34,483 nucleotides of DNA from Candidatus Andersenbacteria bacterium RIFCSPHIGHO2_02_FULL_45_11 (GCA_001817055.1 MHHP01000016.1:1-34483); one strand, 5' to 3'; shown: positions 17,515-26,156, numbered from the stretch's first letter. Translations and numbers: made by a program. The notes: generated by a model from the letters alone, not told the origin.

Positions 17515-17726
17515 CCTCGAAATGCAGCACCGCCAAAACGTATATTCGCATCTGGCACCTTGTCGTACCAAACATCCTTCTCTCCAATCCTCTCTACTTC
17601 ACGATGAAGATCCGCCAAACGATCTGCACTTGCAACAATTCTCATATGGTCGTCACTCCATGCAATCCACTTGCCCGCATATTCAATCGGGACCGTCTGC
17701 GGAGTTTCTGTCTTAAGCTCGCTCAT
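17511..17726 (-). CDS. DUF5678-like small protein (71 aa)
   Basis: YAGKWIAWSDDHMRIVASADRLADLHREVERIGEKDVWYDKVP fits the DUF5678 pattern (GKWVA..dg.vv..g....el). Translationally coupled to the protease gene. Confidence 0.6.
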   Translation of the reverse strand: MSELKTETPQTVPIEYAGKWIAWSDDHMRIVASADRLADLHREVERIGEKDVWYDKVPDANIRFGGAAFRG

Positions 17727-17833
17727 ACAAATAGTATGCCTTTATTCGCAAATTGACACCAGTCTTTTTTTGGATTTAGCTGCAATATAGAGAACGTGCA
17801 CCTTCCAACCTACGAACAAAGAAAGGGTCTGTG

Positions 17834-18817
17834 ATGCAACTATCCACATACGATACGCTTCTTACATCCATTGCAGACAGGTTCTATCGGGATTTATCTC
17901 CAAATCAGAAACCTCCTCGCAACGAGTATCTTGCAAACCTCAAAAACGACCTTCTCGGCTTAACAGCGACAGTCGTAGATGATCCACCATGGATGCTGTG
18001 GCTCAAAGTGCAAGAACGCCGAATCAAGATGAACAACTTTGAATTCAAAAGTCTGTCCAAAGATAAGATTTCTGCAGAAGAGATTTTTTGTATGGCAGAA
18101 ATCGCCCTGCATCTGCGTGCCAACAGTTACCGCGCTCGCCTTACTACTGCAAGCATCGAATCTATATCTGGCGCTAAAATTGACCACAACGTCACGGCGA
18201 AAGATCTTGTAAATCTCCGTTTACCGGATTACCTGTGGATAGAGTGGCCATCGTTCCCCAAAAAGAGTTACGACCCCTGGATCACTCGCACTGTGGGCAT
18301 GTTTATCAGCAGATTCGTACTACTCGACGCTCCCCGTCATCGCCTTGTTACCATATTAGAACACCCAACTGCTGGGCAAACATACTGCCAAGAACTCATC
18401 AAGGCATTGGTTGAAAATACGATCGCGAATATCCCATGCCTTGGCTATCAACTCATCATTGTGCAACAAGACGATCATGGCTACCGCTATATACCCTGCA
18501 TGTTTGGACATGAGCTGGCCGAGCCCCTTACAACAATGCTCGCGCTCCACAAAGAAACCAGTGACCGCGATAAGCCAAAACATCTCAACGCTGAGCAAGT
18601 ATGGAGCAATGCAGCAATACGACTACTGCTTATTGCTGCAAGTAGGGGGTGGTTTACCGATCCTGCCAAGCAAATGTTTATCGAAGATGCTTCATCTGCG
18701 GTATTGCCCAACTCTCCTCATGTGTTATTTGCACGAAAAGGAACAAATGGACGAGAAATAGCCATTCGGCCTGATTACCACACCCAGTTCAAACCCTTTG
18801 CAATTACCAACGACTAG
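17834..18817 (+). CDS. hypothetical protein (327 aa), no recognisable domain
   Basis: RBS GAAAGGG (17821-17827) lies 6 nt before the ATG at 17834 (a GTG at 17831 is also possible). Followed by a clear intrinsic terminator. Confidence 0.65.
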   Translation: MQLSTYDTLLTSIADRFYRDLSPNQKPPRNEYLANLKNDLLGLTATVVDDPPWMLWLKVQERRIKMNNFEFKSLSKDKISAEEIFCMAEIALHLRANSYRARLTTASIESISGAKIDHNVTAKDLVNLRLPDYLWIEWPSFPKKSYDPWITRTVGMFISRFVLLDAPRHRLVTILEHPTAGQTYCQELIKALVENTIANIPCLGYQLIIVQQDDHGYRYIPCMFGHELAEPLTTMLALHKETSDRDKPKHLNAEQVWSNAAIRLLLIAASRGWFTDPAKQMFIEDASSAVLPNSPHVLFARKGTNGREIAIRPDYHTQFKPFAITND

Positions 18818-18827
18818 CTTCTCCTTC

Positions 18828-18857
18828 AACTCTGTTCACTCCGGACAGAGTTTTTTT
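18828..18857 (+). terminator. intrinsic terminator
   Basis: AACTCTGT-tcactccgg-ACAGAGTT followed by a T run (7 T in total), 11 nt after the stop at 18817. Confidence 0.7.
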
Positions 18858-18871
18858 ATACTTGGGCAAAT

Positions 18872-18900
18872 AAAAAGAGTCGATCATTGCTGACCGACTC
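18872..18900 (-). terminator. intrinsic terminator candidate for the 18919-20076 gene
   Basis: Minus strand reads GAGTCG-12 nt loop-CGACTC followed by TTTTT. Short stem. Confidence 0.45.
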
Positions 18901-18918
18901 GGAACATACGAACCTCTT

Positions 18919-20076
18919 CTAAAAAACAATCTGACGGTACCCATACTGGCGCATAATGGGCGTCATTGCTCTGTTGCTCGACGGGCACACCAATAGTGTT
19001 GAACGCAATCTGCTTGGGTTTTCAAACTTCGCAAAATGCGCCACATCCAATACCATCTTCCCGTCTGGCATTTCACGAAACACACTGTACGAAGGCGGAG
19101 TTGCCATCAACACGCCATCTTTTGTTTGAGGACAATCCTGATGAATTTCAAACATAAGCAGCGCAGGCTCACTATCATCACCCGGTACCTTGGCGTGCGT
19201 CACATACGGAATCCAATGGACCCATTCGCCCACTTTTTCACCGTTGGCCAGAATAAATCCAATCGGTTCATTTTGCGGTAGCAGATCTGTTAGGTACAAG
19301 ACACGCGATGGCCCACCCGGGTTTCCATACGCAAGCAGGCGCTCCCGATCTTCGTCTCGCACCAGGCGGCTGGACCGAAAATTTTCAGCATAGCCACTCT
19401 TGCCTAGAAACGTAACGAATCGTTTACTCCCTTCCCCGCCCGTATCACGGTGTTTTACAAACAACACTTTTTTCCCGCCATCACGAACGTCTTCAATCTT
19501 TAGCCGTCCATACGATGCTTCAGTATGCGACGGTAGAGCAAACTCAAAAATTCCGGCACTACATGCCACGAACAATGTTTGGGTAATGTAGTTCACTTTG
19601 ACACTACAAATGGGCACTGCGCCACGAACGCATGTAATTGCGGAAAATGCTCCGGTAACGGTAACTGGGGCTCCAAAAGATGCCTCCCACGCTTGGTATG
19701 CCTCGGGTGAATGCACCATTTTTCCAACGGTGATTTTTTTATCCGGCGCAGTTTCTAAAAATTTTGAGAACTGCAGTGAACGGTCTGTTGGGTCGCTGAT
19801 GAAGAACGTGCGAACGTTTCTTGGATCAGTCCCATTTGAGTATTTGGGAATTGCCGCGCTACGTTCTTCCGTAATCACAATGGCGTTAGCATCAAAGAGC
19901 GCCAGAGAATCCATAATGGTAATTTCTGGCCACGCATCGAGCCCCAACGTATCGGGCTTCCCATACAACTGCGCATGAGACAACGCCTCTTCCACACTGG
20001 CCTCCAACAAATTTGCGTTTGCAGACAATACGGCTCGGATAGACGCATTCAAGTACCCGCGCTCAATACCTTGCAT
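18919..20076 (-). CDS. hypothetical protein (385 aa) with weak inositol-monophosphatase/FBPase-like N-terminal motifs
   Basis: Good RBS AAAGGGGA upstream of the ATG. VITEE followed ~26 aa later by FISDPTDRS resembles the IMPase EE ... DPxD(G/S)(T/S) metal-site pair. The second IMPase motif (WD..A) was not found. Confidence 0.7.
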   Translation of the reverse strand: MQGIERGYLNASIRAVLSANANLLEASVEEALSHAQLYGKPDTLGLDAWPEITIMDSLALFDANAIVITEERSAAIPKYSNGTDPRNVRTFFISDPTDRSLQFSKFLETAPDKKITVGKMVHSPEAYQAWEASFGAPVTVTGAFSAITCVRGAVPICSVKVNYITQTLFVACSAGIFEFALPSHTEASYGRLKIEDVRDGGKKVLFVKHRDTGGEGSKRFVTFLGKSGYAENFRSSRLVRDEDRERLLAYGNPGGPSRVLYLTDLLPQNEPIGFILANGEKVGEWVHWIPYVTHAKVPGDDSEPALLMFEIHQDCPQTKDGVLMATPPSYSVFREMPDGKMVLDVAHFAKFENPSRLRSTLLVCPSSNRAMTPIMRQYGYRQIVF

Positions 20077-20096
20077 GATTATTCCCCTTTGTGAAC

Positions 20097-20150
20097 GAAC
20101 AGTCTAGCATCAACTGTTCTGCCATAAAATGCAGAACAGTGAAGTATACC
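20097..20150 (-). promoter_or_regulatory. -10-like TATACT plus a leader with three mutually exclusive pairing segments
   Basis: Minus strand reads TATACT-tc-ACTGTTCTGC-attttatg-GCAGAACAGT-tgatgctag-ACTGTTC-gttcac-AAAGGGGA-ataatc-ATG. The middle segment can pair with either flank. Confidence 0.35.
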
Positions 20151-20191
20151 CCTATGCACCCTACTGTCTAGTAAGCAATTACGATCGCAGC

Positions 20192-20416
20192 TTATACTCC
20201 CACCACTTCCATTAATTTTTTCGTACTTGTTCTGCCTGTAACTATTCTCACGCTTGTAGTGGGCACGTCGTAATATTCGGCAACTAATTCAATAATGGCC
20301 CAATTCGCTTTTCCTTTCTCCGGAGCTTCTTTGACGTGGACTATAAGGTTTTCATCATCCACTTTCTCTACCCTATTCTCCCGCGCGTGCACCTTCGCTT
20401 TCACGTAGATTTTCAT
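20192..20416 (-). CDS. DUF167 (YggU-like) protein
   Basis: EKGKANWAIIELVAEYYDVPTTSVRIVTGRTSTKKLMEV is the DUF167 signature. The ATG at 20416 overlaps the upstream stop (ATGA). Confidence 0.8.
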   Translation of the reverse strand: MKIYVKAKVHARENRVEKVDDENLIVHVKEAPEKGKANWAIIELVAEYYDVPTTSVRIVTGRTSTKKLMEVVGV

Positions 20417-21147
20417 AGTTTCGCCATCGCCTGCCGTTTCCAATCCTTTGGCATTTTTTCTATTGCGTATCGAAGCGCAACGCGCGACATTTTCGCTTTA
20501 TTTTTCATTACATATGCAAATACTTCGTTGGGGTATATATTACTCGCCTCTTTTAAGAGCCATCCGTAGCCTTTGCGTACCAAATCATCTTCGTCCGCCA
20601 TGAGCGCATCTGCTGCGGCAAATACGTCGGGCAATGTATTACTGCGCTTTATGGGGACAATAAGGGCAACGGCGGAAGCGCGGCGTACCCATCTGTTTTT
20701 GGATTTCCGCCACGGTACGGTTTTCTGTATAAGCTGCGGATAAGTTGCAAGCAGCTCCCCCAGCGCACCCGTACACAAATCGTCACACTTCGCCCAGTTG
20801 TTTACATAGTTTTTTACCCAGCGATCAAATACGACGAAATCCTTCGGCTCAAATTCCGTCCGCATTCTATATGCAAAATCGTACACAATCACCGAATCCT
20901 CTTGCATATTGGTTTTTAGCAACTCTTCGCACAACGCAAATATAGTAACCCTGAAGTGATGCGAAGCATCTACTGCGGGGCTTCGCTCAATTTTTCGAAA
21001 AAATTTACTTGCAATCTTTCGCACTATCGGGATCCGCACGCCATACAGCTCAATCCCCTCCTTGAAAAACCTCTGTTGCGATTTTTTGTAGGCAGGATCG
21101 GCGTTGAGTTTGAGTTCGGAGTGTATGGATTCAAGAAGGGATATCAC
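20413..21147 (-). CDS. DNA alkylation repair protein (AlkD/AlkC-like HEAT-repeat family)
   Basis: DPAYKKSQQRFFKEGIELYGVRIPIVRKIA, NNWAKCDDLC, WVRRASAVALI and DDLVRKGYGWLLKEAS match the DNA_alkylation family. The GTG start overlaps the upstream stop (GTGA). Confidence 0.85.
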   Translation of the reverse strand: MISLLESIHSELKLNADPAYKKSQQRFFKEGIELYGVRIPIVRKIASKFFRKIERSPAVDASHHFRVTIFALCEELLKTNMQEDSVIVYDFAYRMRTEFEPKDFVVFDRWVKNYVNNWAKCDDLCTGALGELLATYPQLIQKTVPWRKSKNRWVRRASAVALIVPIKRSNTLPDVFAAADALMADEDDLVRKGYGWLLKEASNIYPNEVFAYVMKNKAKMSRVALRYAIEKMPKDWKRQAMAKL

Positions 21148-21479
21148 AGGTTTTTAAGATAGTTCTCAATACGGCCACGATCCTCATTTTCCTTATTACC
21201 CTTAAAGTATATTTCAATATGGACAAACGTTATTGTTGCATCGTGGTACGCGTAGATGATACGCATCGATCTGTCGCGCAGGGTTTTACACGCTAATCGG
21301 GCTTTTACAATCTTCACATCCTCTTGAACGTGAATAATGGTGAAGTTCTTCCCTGCTCCCGTTGGCATTACAGAAATAACGGCCTCAAAATCACGTAAAT
21401 CCTTCTCAAGGCTTCTATATTTTTTTGAGAGTTTTTTTAATTCGCGAGCAAATTCCGGAAGTTGCTCAAAGTTGCTCAT
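21144..21479 (-). CDS. RelE/ParE-superfamily-like toxin (111 aa)
   Basis: N-terminal FARELKKLSKKYRSLEKDL and core RSMRIIYAYHDATITFVHIEIYFKGNKENED resemble HigB/Gp49-type toxins. Overlaps the upstream antitoxin gene by 14 nt. Confidence 0.65.
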   Translation of the reverse strand: MSNFEQLPEFARELKKLSKKYRSLEKDLRDFEAVISVMPTGAGKNFTIIHVQEDVKIVKARLACKTLRDRSMRIIYAYHDATITFVHIEIYFKGNKENEDRGRIENYLKNL

Positions 21480-22200
21480 ATTCTCTTACGGACGTTTCTT
21501 CCGGACGATAAAATACATATTCATAATTGAGCACTTCACGATCTTGGGCAACCCTCCATGGCGTATCACTATGCGACAACTCCGATAACTTACGAGCACT
21601 TAAATGCGCTAAGCGCTCCAACTCGTCATCAATATGTTTTAATTCTTGCCCGGATAAACTTGAAACGTCCGCTTCTTTCACGGGAATATATTTCGTCTGA
21701 TCGAGATCAAAATACTTACTTTTAACTTCGACTATCTTTCCGTTATCTTCCATATTCTTTACGAGCTTCGCAAACGATACCGGCGTTGGACCATACGTGT
21801 TTTTTATATACGTTGCACCTATAAGCTGCTCTTCGTATTTTTCGTAGTAATCGAAATCTATAAAATACAGTAATTTATATAACACTGTTTGCCCAATATT
21901 CGGACGGCTTCCTACTTTGCCTAATATATACAGCAGTACTTGCTGAAACTTCTGTTCGTTTTCTTTGGGAATTTCTCGAATATCTACCTTATCTAATGGA
22001 ATATATTCAGCAGAGCCGTCTTCTACCGCATCATGAGACATAGCAAAAATACGCGACAAGATTGCTTTCTGCTCCTCAGTGGGCTTAGCAATACCCTTTT
22101 CAAGCTTGATATACGTTGGACGCGAAATGCCAAGACTACTCGCAACATCCTGCTGTGAGAGCCCTACCAGTTTCCGTTTGCCTTGTATCCAACTAGCCAT
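21466..22200 (-). CDS. XRE-HTH plus DUF4065 (Panacea/SocA-like) antitoxin candidate
   Basis: HTH LSQQDVASSLGISRPTYIKLEKG. DUF4065-like KLLYFIDFDYYEKYEEQLIGATYIKNTYGPTPVSF. Confidence 0.8.
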   Translation of the reverse strand: MASWIQGKRKLVGLSQQDVASSLGISRPTYIKLEKGIAKPTEEQKAILSRIFAMSHDAVEDGSAEYIPLDKVDIREIPKENEQKFQQVLLYILGKVGSRPNIGQTVLYKLLYFIDFDYYEKYEEQLIGATYIKNTYGPTPVSFAKLVKNMEDNGKIVEVKSKYFDLDQTKYIPVKEADVSSLSGQELKHIDDELERLAHLSARKLSELSHSDTPWRVAQDREVLNYEYVFYRPEETSVREYEQL

Positions 22201-22206
22201 ACCGAT

Positions 22207-22263
22207 ATTGTATGGTATCTTCTTTATATTTACAAGTTTACATTATTATTTGTAACTTTGTAT
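22207..22263 (-). promoter_or_regulatory. sigma70-like promoter with overlapping imperfect palindrome, 6 nt upstream of the antitoxin ATG
   Basis: Minus strand reads TTGTAA(22230-22235)-N17-TACAAT(22207-22212)-atcggt-ATG(22200). The inverted repeat TTACAAGTTTACA / TGTAACTTTGTAT (22230-22263, 10 of 13 matches) covers the -35. Confidence 0.55.
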
Positions 22264-22327
22264 ACTACCAGCCGTCAATGTGGCCGAAGCTAACATTTTA
22301 TTCACCCTAATGAGTGACTGTTTCTTT

Positions 22328-22579
22328 TTACCAACTACGATAGCTCGAATACGGACTACGGTACCCCCTGCTTCCCGTATACGGGTTATAGTTGCCGCGC
22401 GTAGACCAATTATCGTATCGGGTTGAGTTCGGACTTGTACGATAGTGCGGCATTACGTACGTACCGCTACTGTGATAATATCCCCCTACCCTAGAATAAG
22501 CTTCCGCACCTTGAACGGAAAATCCAATTCCAATCATAAATAAACCGATCGCTAACAACGTAAATAAGTATTTTTTCAT
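22328..22579 (-). CDS. small secreted Tyr/Arg/Ser-rich protein (83 aa)
   Basis: Signal peptide MKKYLFTLLAIGLFMIGIGFSVQGAEA. The mature part is GGYYHSSGTYVMPHYRTSPNSTRYDNWSTRGNYNPYTGSRGY. Confidence 0.6.
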   Translation of the reverse strand: MKKYLFTLLAIGLFMIGIGFSVQGAEAYSRVGGYYHSSGTYVMPHYRTSPNSTRYDNWSTRGNYNPYTGSRGYRSPYSSYRSW

Positions 22580-22667
22580 ACTAGAAGCATACGTGCGAGC
22601 ATGCTGGATAGCAATGGAGAAAAATTATTTCTCGTATAGAACAAAATATGGCAACTTAGCGTTACAC

Positions 22668-25007
22668 CTATCTAGAATATTCCCGCACTCTATCCGTTTT
22701 CGCGTACAATTTTTGTTGAAAATCAAAGAAGATGGAGCGAATACTTTCAACACTTCCAAGCGCCTGCTCCGCATTCGCGATAGCGTGATATTTTAAGTTT
22801 AATAATATTGGCAGTTTTTCTTCATCTAGTTCTTCAACTCCCTTTTCTTCGTATTTCGACAGTACAAAATCCAGAAATTCTTTTTGCTCTTCGTTTAATC
22901 CTGAAAAGATTTTGTTTTTTGCTTGCTGCGCGCGATCTACTCTTGAAACTGGTTCTGTCAAAAATGAAATATATGTTAAAACATCAAACAAGTCGCTCTG
23001 CTCGGCATCAATCATTTTTTGTAATGTTTCCAATTCATCTTTTCCATATCCAATTGCAGACATTTTTTCTAGAAATACTTTGCGCGTAGTTGGATTCGAC
23101 CAAATTCTCCGCAACTCTTCTTCGCTCTTGAAAAATTCCGGCATAGCCCCAAACATATTGTCCATAAATTCCTGAACAGAAATTGGTTTACCATCGGAAC
23201 TCCAAAAAGAAGTGGAAATCATGTGCTGTATTTCTCGCTCTTTTCCATCACGTAACTTGATTTTCAGTTTTGTCTTTGGCTCTTCCGGACCCACATCATC
23301 CACGACTATATCCGTGTCTTGTGGCCCCTTTGGATACACTAATACCGCTGGTTTATCTTCGGTTACTTCCACGATCGGCTCTCCATCCCATTCCGGATCA
23401 GAAAAATGCTTATATGCATCTACAAAGTCATAAATCGTAAAATATTCTTTGCCATCAAAAAGTCTCGTACCTCGCCCAATAATCTGCTTGAACTCGATCA
23501 TAGAATTAACTGGGCGCATAAGAACAATATTCCGAATATTGCGTGCATCTACTCCCGTAGAAAGTTTTTGAGAAGTGGTCAAAATAGTTGGGATTGTTTT
23601 TTCATTATCTTGAAATTCACGTAGGTACTGTTCGCCTCGAGCGCCATCATTGGCAGTTACGCGAACACAATAATTAGGGTCTTTATTTTTCTTCATTTGA
23701 TTTACCAAATCACGAACGGCTAATGCATGGTCTTGTGTTGCACAAAATATAATCGTCTTTTCGTTTTGATTTATTTCATCTAATACCACTCGAACCCTTT
23801 TTGCTTCTCGCTCTTTAATAACGATAATTCGATTAAAATCCGGTTCTTCATACAGCTTGCCTTCTTCAACTTCCCCCTCAATCACTTGGTCATCAGATGT
23901 GTACCTGTAATCATCCAGCGTGGTACTGATTCTTTTTATTTTAAATGGTGTTAAGAAGCCGTCATTTACTCCCTGTTTAAGAGAGTATGTATATACGGGG
24001 TCTCCAAAATATTTGTATGTATCTACGTTGGCTTGCCGTTTTGGAGTCGCCGTTAACCCAAGCTGCACTGCTGGTGAAAAATATTCCAAAATTCCGCGCC
24101 AATTACTTTCATCGTTCGCACCCCCACGGTGACATTCGTCTATAATAATCAAATCAAAAAAGTCTGGTGGGTATTCTCCGAAATACGGCGTACCGCCTGG
24201 CCCACTCATGAACGTTTGGAAGATTGTAAAATAGACACTGCCCGACATCGGCACTCCACCTTTCTTGCGAATATCTAGAGGATTTATACGAACTCGTGCA
24301 TCTTCGTCAAACGCGGAAAATGCGTTAATGGCTTGGTCGGCTAAAATATTTCGATCAGCTAAAAATAATATTCTTGGCCTGCGAGCCCCGTCTCGCTTCA
24401 AGTTCCAACGGGTTTGGAATAATTTCCAAGCAATTTGAAATGCAACGGCCGTTTTTCCGGTTCCCGTTGCCATCGTTAAAAGTATTCTCTGTTTGTCTTC
24501 AGCTACGGCACTCAAAACATTGTGAACGGCAATTTCCTGATAATATCTTTTGCCATAGTCGCCCTCATTTGGAACACCTGCAAATTTTTCCTTCCACTCT
24601 TCGCCTGACGCGAACTGACCCGAATATCTTTTATTCCATAATTCGTCAGGGGTTGGAAAATTTGTAATAGTGCTTTCTCGTCCACTTTCCATAGACATTT
24701 CATAAATCTCTTTCCCGTTCGTTGCATAGGTATAATTAATCTGCATTTTTTGCGCATATGCTTTTGCTTGTGCCACGCCCTCACCTACAGCAAGCCCTTC
24801 CGCCTTAGCTTCTATCACTCCAATCTTTGTATTTTTATATACCAAAATATAGTCGGCAATCTCCGGTTTACTACGCTTCCCACCTACTTGAATTTTGCCG
24901 TCCGTAATACGAAATTCACGTAGTACTTTTGAACCCTCAATAACGCCCCAACCAGCTTCTTTGAGTTTTGGGTCAATATGTTCAGCTCGAGTTTCCGATT
25001 CGTTCAT
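22668..25007 (-). CDS. hsdR: type I restriction enzyme R subunit
   Basis: N-terminal SETRAEHIDPKLKEAGW. Helicase motifs TMATGTGKT and IIDECHRG. EcoEI-R-C-like tail (ELRRIWSNPTTRKVFLEKM...DLFDVLTYISF). The ATG at 25007 is preferred; the TTG at 25043 is the ORF-track start. Confidence 0.92.
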   Translation of the reverse strand: MNESETRAEHIDPKLKEAGWGVIEGSKVLREFRITDGKIQVGGKRSKPEIADYILVYKNTKIGVIEAKAEGLAVGEGVAQAKAYAQKMQINYTYATNGKEIYEMSMESGRESTITNFPTPDELWNKRYSGQFASGEEWKEKFAGVPNEGDYGKRYYQEIAVHNVLSAVAEDKQRILLTMATGTGKTAVAFQIAWKLFQTRWNLKRDGARRPRILFLADRNILADQAINAFSAFDEDARVRINPLDIRKKGGVPMSGSVYFTIFQTFMSGPGGTPYFGEYPPDFFDLIIIDECHRGGANDESNWRGILEYFSPAVQLGLTATPKRQANVDTYKYFGDPVYTYSLKQGVNDGFLTPFKIKRISTTLDDYRYTSDDQVIEGEVEEGKLYEEPDFNRIIVIKEREAKRVRVVLDEINQNEKTIIFCATQDHALAVRDLVNQMKKNKDPNYCVRVTANDGARGEQYLREFQDNEKTIPTILTTSQKLSTGVDARNIRNIVLMRPVNSMIEFKQIIGRGTRLFDGKEYFTIYDFVDAYKHFSDPEWDGEPIVEVTEDKPAVLVYPKGPQDTDIVVDDVGPEEPKTKLKIKLRDGKEREIQHMISTSFWSSDGKPISVQEFMDNMFGAMPEFFKSEEELRRIWSNPTTRKVFLEKMSAIGYGKDELETLQKMIDAEQSDLFDVLTYISFLTEPVSRVDRAQQAKNKIFSGLNEEQKEFLDFVLSKYEEKGVEELDEEKLPILLNLKYHAIANAEQALGSVESIRSIFFDFQQKLYAKTDRVREYSR

Positions 25008-25058
25008 ATATGGGTACAATGCAACATTTTCAGTATTTTGCAAAGCTCAAAGAAAAAC

Positions 25059-25451
25059 TTACAGCGTATCCCTAAGCTCAGAATAATTCTCAGCAATCAT
25101 CCTTTTCCAATTAGCAGTTTCATTACTGCCCCCTAAGTCTGTTTTCCCATACACAAGCAATATGGATACATACTGCTTATCCGGATACCACGCGACGATG
25201 CATCTATTACCAGATCCTTTTGGCGATTGCTTACTTTTTACAATACTAAATTCTGTTTTTACGATTCTTACATGTCCGAGATCAGCAATAGTTTTCGCTT
25301 TCTCTGTGAGAAGTAACCTGTCGATACGCTCAAGCTCTGCAATAATTGCGAGCAAGGTAACGTCCCAATGAGATTTATATTTTTTCTCAAAACTTTTTAT
25401 AAAGTGTCGCTGCGCAAACTGCTCAATTCGTACAGAATAATTCCCTTCCAT
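25059..25451 (-). CDS. RelE/ParE-superfamily-like toxin (130 aa)
   Basis: FAQRHFIKSFEKKYKSHW and GNRCIVAWYPDKQYVSILLVYGKTD follow the same pattern as the 21144-21479 product. Starts 5 nt after the antitoxin stop. Confidence 0.6.
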   Translation of the reverse strand: MEGNYSVRIEQFAQRHFIKSFEKKYKSHWDVTLLAIIAELERIDRLLLTEKAKTIADLGHVRIVKTEFSIVKSKQSPKGSGNRCIVAWYPDKQYVSILLVYGKTDLGGSNETANWKRMIAENYSELRDTL

Positions 25452-25456
25452 AGCGC

Positions 25457-26149
25457 TTAGTACACCAATGCGGAATCTTCTTGGGTTATAAGCTCATATG
25501 GAATAAGCTCATTTTCTCGACACAAAAAGTATGGCAGTTGATTGTGAGTAAAATTTACAATCTCGTTCGTTTTTTTATCTTTCCACTTCTTTGCAATTTT
25601 TTTCATCAATGCACTCTCGCCCTCAGACAACGTTTGAATTTTCTCGTTTTTGTTACTATCTGATTCGCTAATCAAAAACATCTCTTTGCCTTCTGTGTTT
25701 TTATGCTCAATGGTAATTTTCCCAGATTCTTCTAGCTCATCAATTGCACGAAAAAACGCATCGGGTACTGGGCCAAATGTTATCTTCCTATATTGCATAC
25801 CACTCATGCTTTCTAAGTTGTCATAAAACCACGCAAAGTCAGCAAGATACAACAGTTTGGCGAGTTTTGTTTTCGGAATTTTTCCGTCTTCCGAAACGTT
25901 CATACGCAGATATGCGAGTATCATGTGTTTGTATTTTTCCATATTTGGAATAACGCCAGACAACAACTCATCAACACCTATACCAAATAGCGTTGCTAAT
26001 TTCTTTGCTTCGTCCAGGCTCAGTTCCTGTTTACCCGCTTCAATGGCCGTATACGTTGGCCGAGATACACCGATTACTTGCGCCACCTGCTCTTGGGATA
26101 GCTTTTTCTCAATACGAAGCTCTTTTACTTTTTGTATATACATATTCAT
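25457..26149 (-). CDS. XRE-HTH plus DUF4065 (Panacea/SocA-like) antitoxin candidate, second copy
   Basis: HTH LSQEQVAQVIGVSRPTYTAIEAG. DUF4065-like KLLYLADFAWFYDNLESMSGMQYRKITFGPVPDAF. Start moved to the ATG at 26149 because the TTG at 26185 is the -35 box of a promoter. Confidence 0.8.
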   Translation of the reverse strand: MNMYIQKVKELRIEKKLSQEQVAQVIGVSRPTYTAIEAGKQELSLDEAKKLATLFGIGVDELLSGVIPNMEKYKHMILAYLRMNVSEDGKIPKTKLAKLLYLADFAWFYDNLESMSGMQYRKITFGPVPDAFFRAIDELEESGKITIEHKNTEGKEMFLISESDSNKNEKIQTLSEGESALMKKIAKKWKDKKTNEIVNFTHNQLPYFLCRENELIPYELITQEDSALVY

Positions 26150-26156
26150 GTATATA

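Noticed and set aside
17515-17571. TTG start at 17571 for the aspartic protease ORF
   Set aside because: It would overlap the upstream gene by 60 nt. The GTG at 17514 gives a GTGA stop/start overlap and a normal distance to the DTG motif.
25008-25043. TTGCAA-N17-ATTGTA as a dedicated hsdR promoter, and TTG 25043 as the hsdR start
   Set aside because: The -10 is a poor match to consensus. MNESETRAEHIDPKL from the ATG at 25007 matches the usual HsdR N-terminus, and read-through from the TA operon seems more likely.
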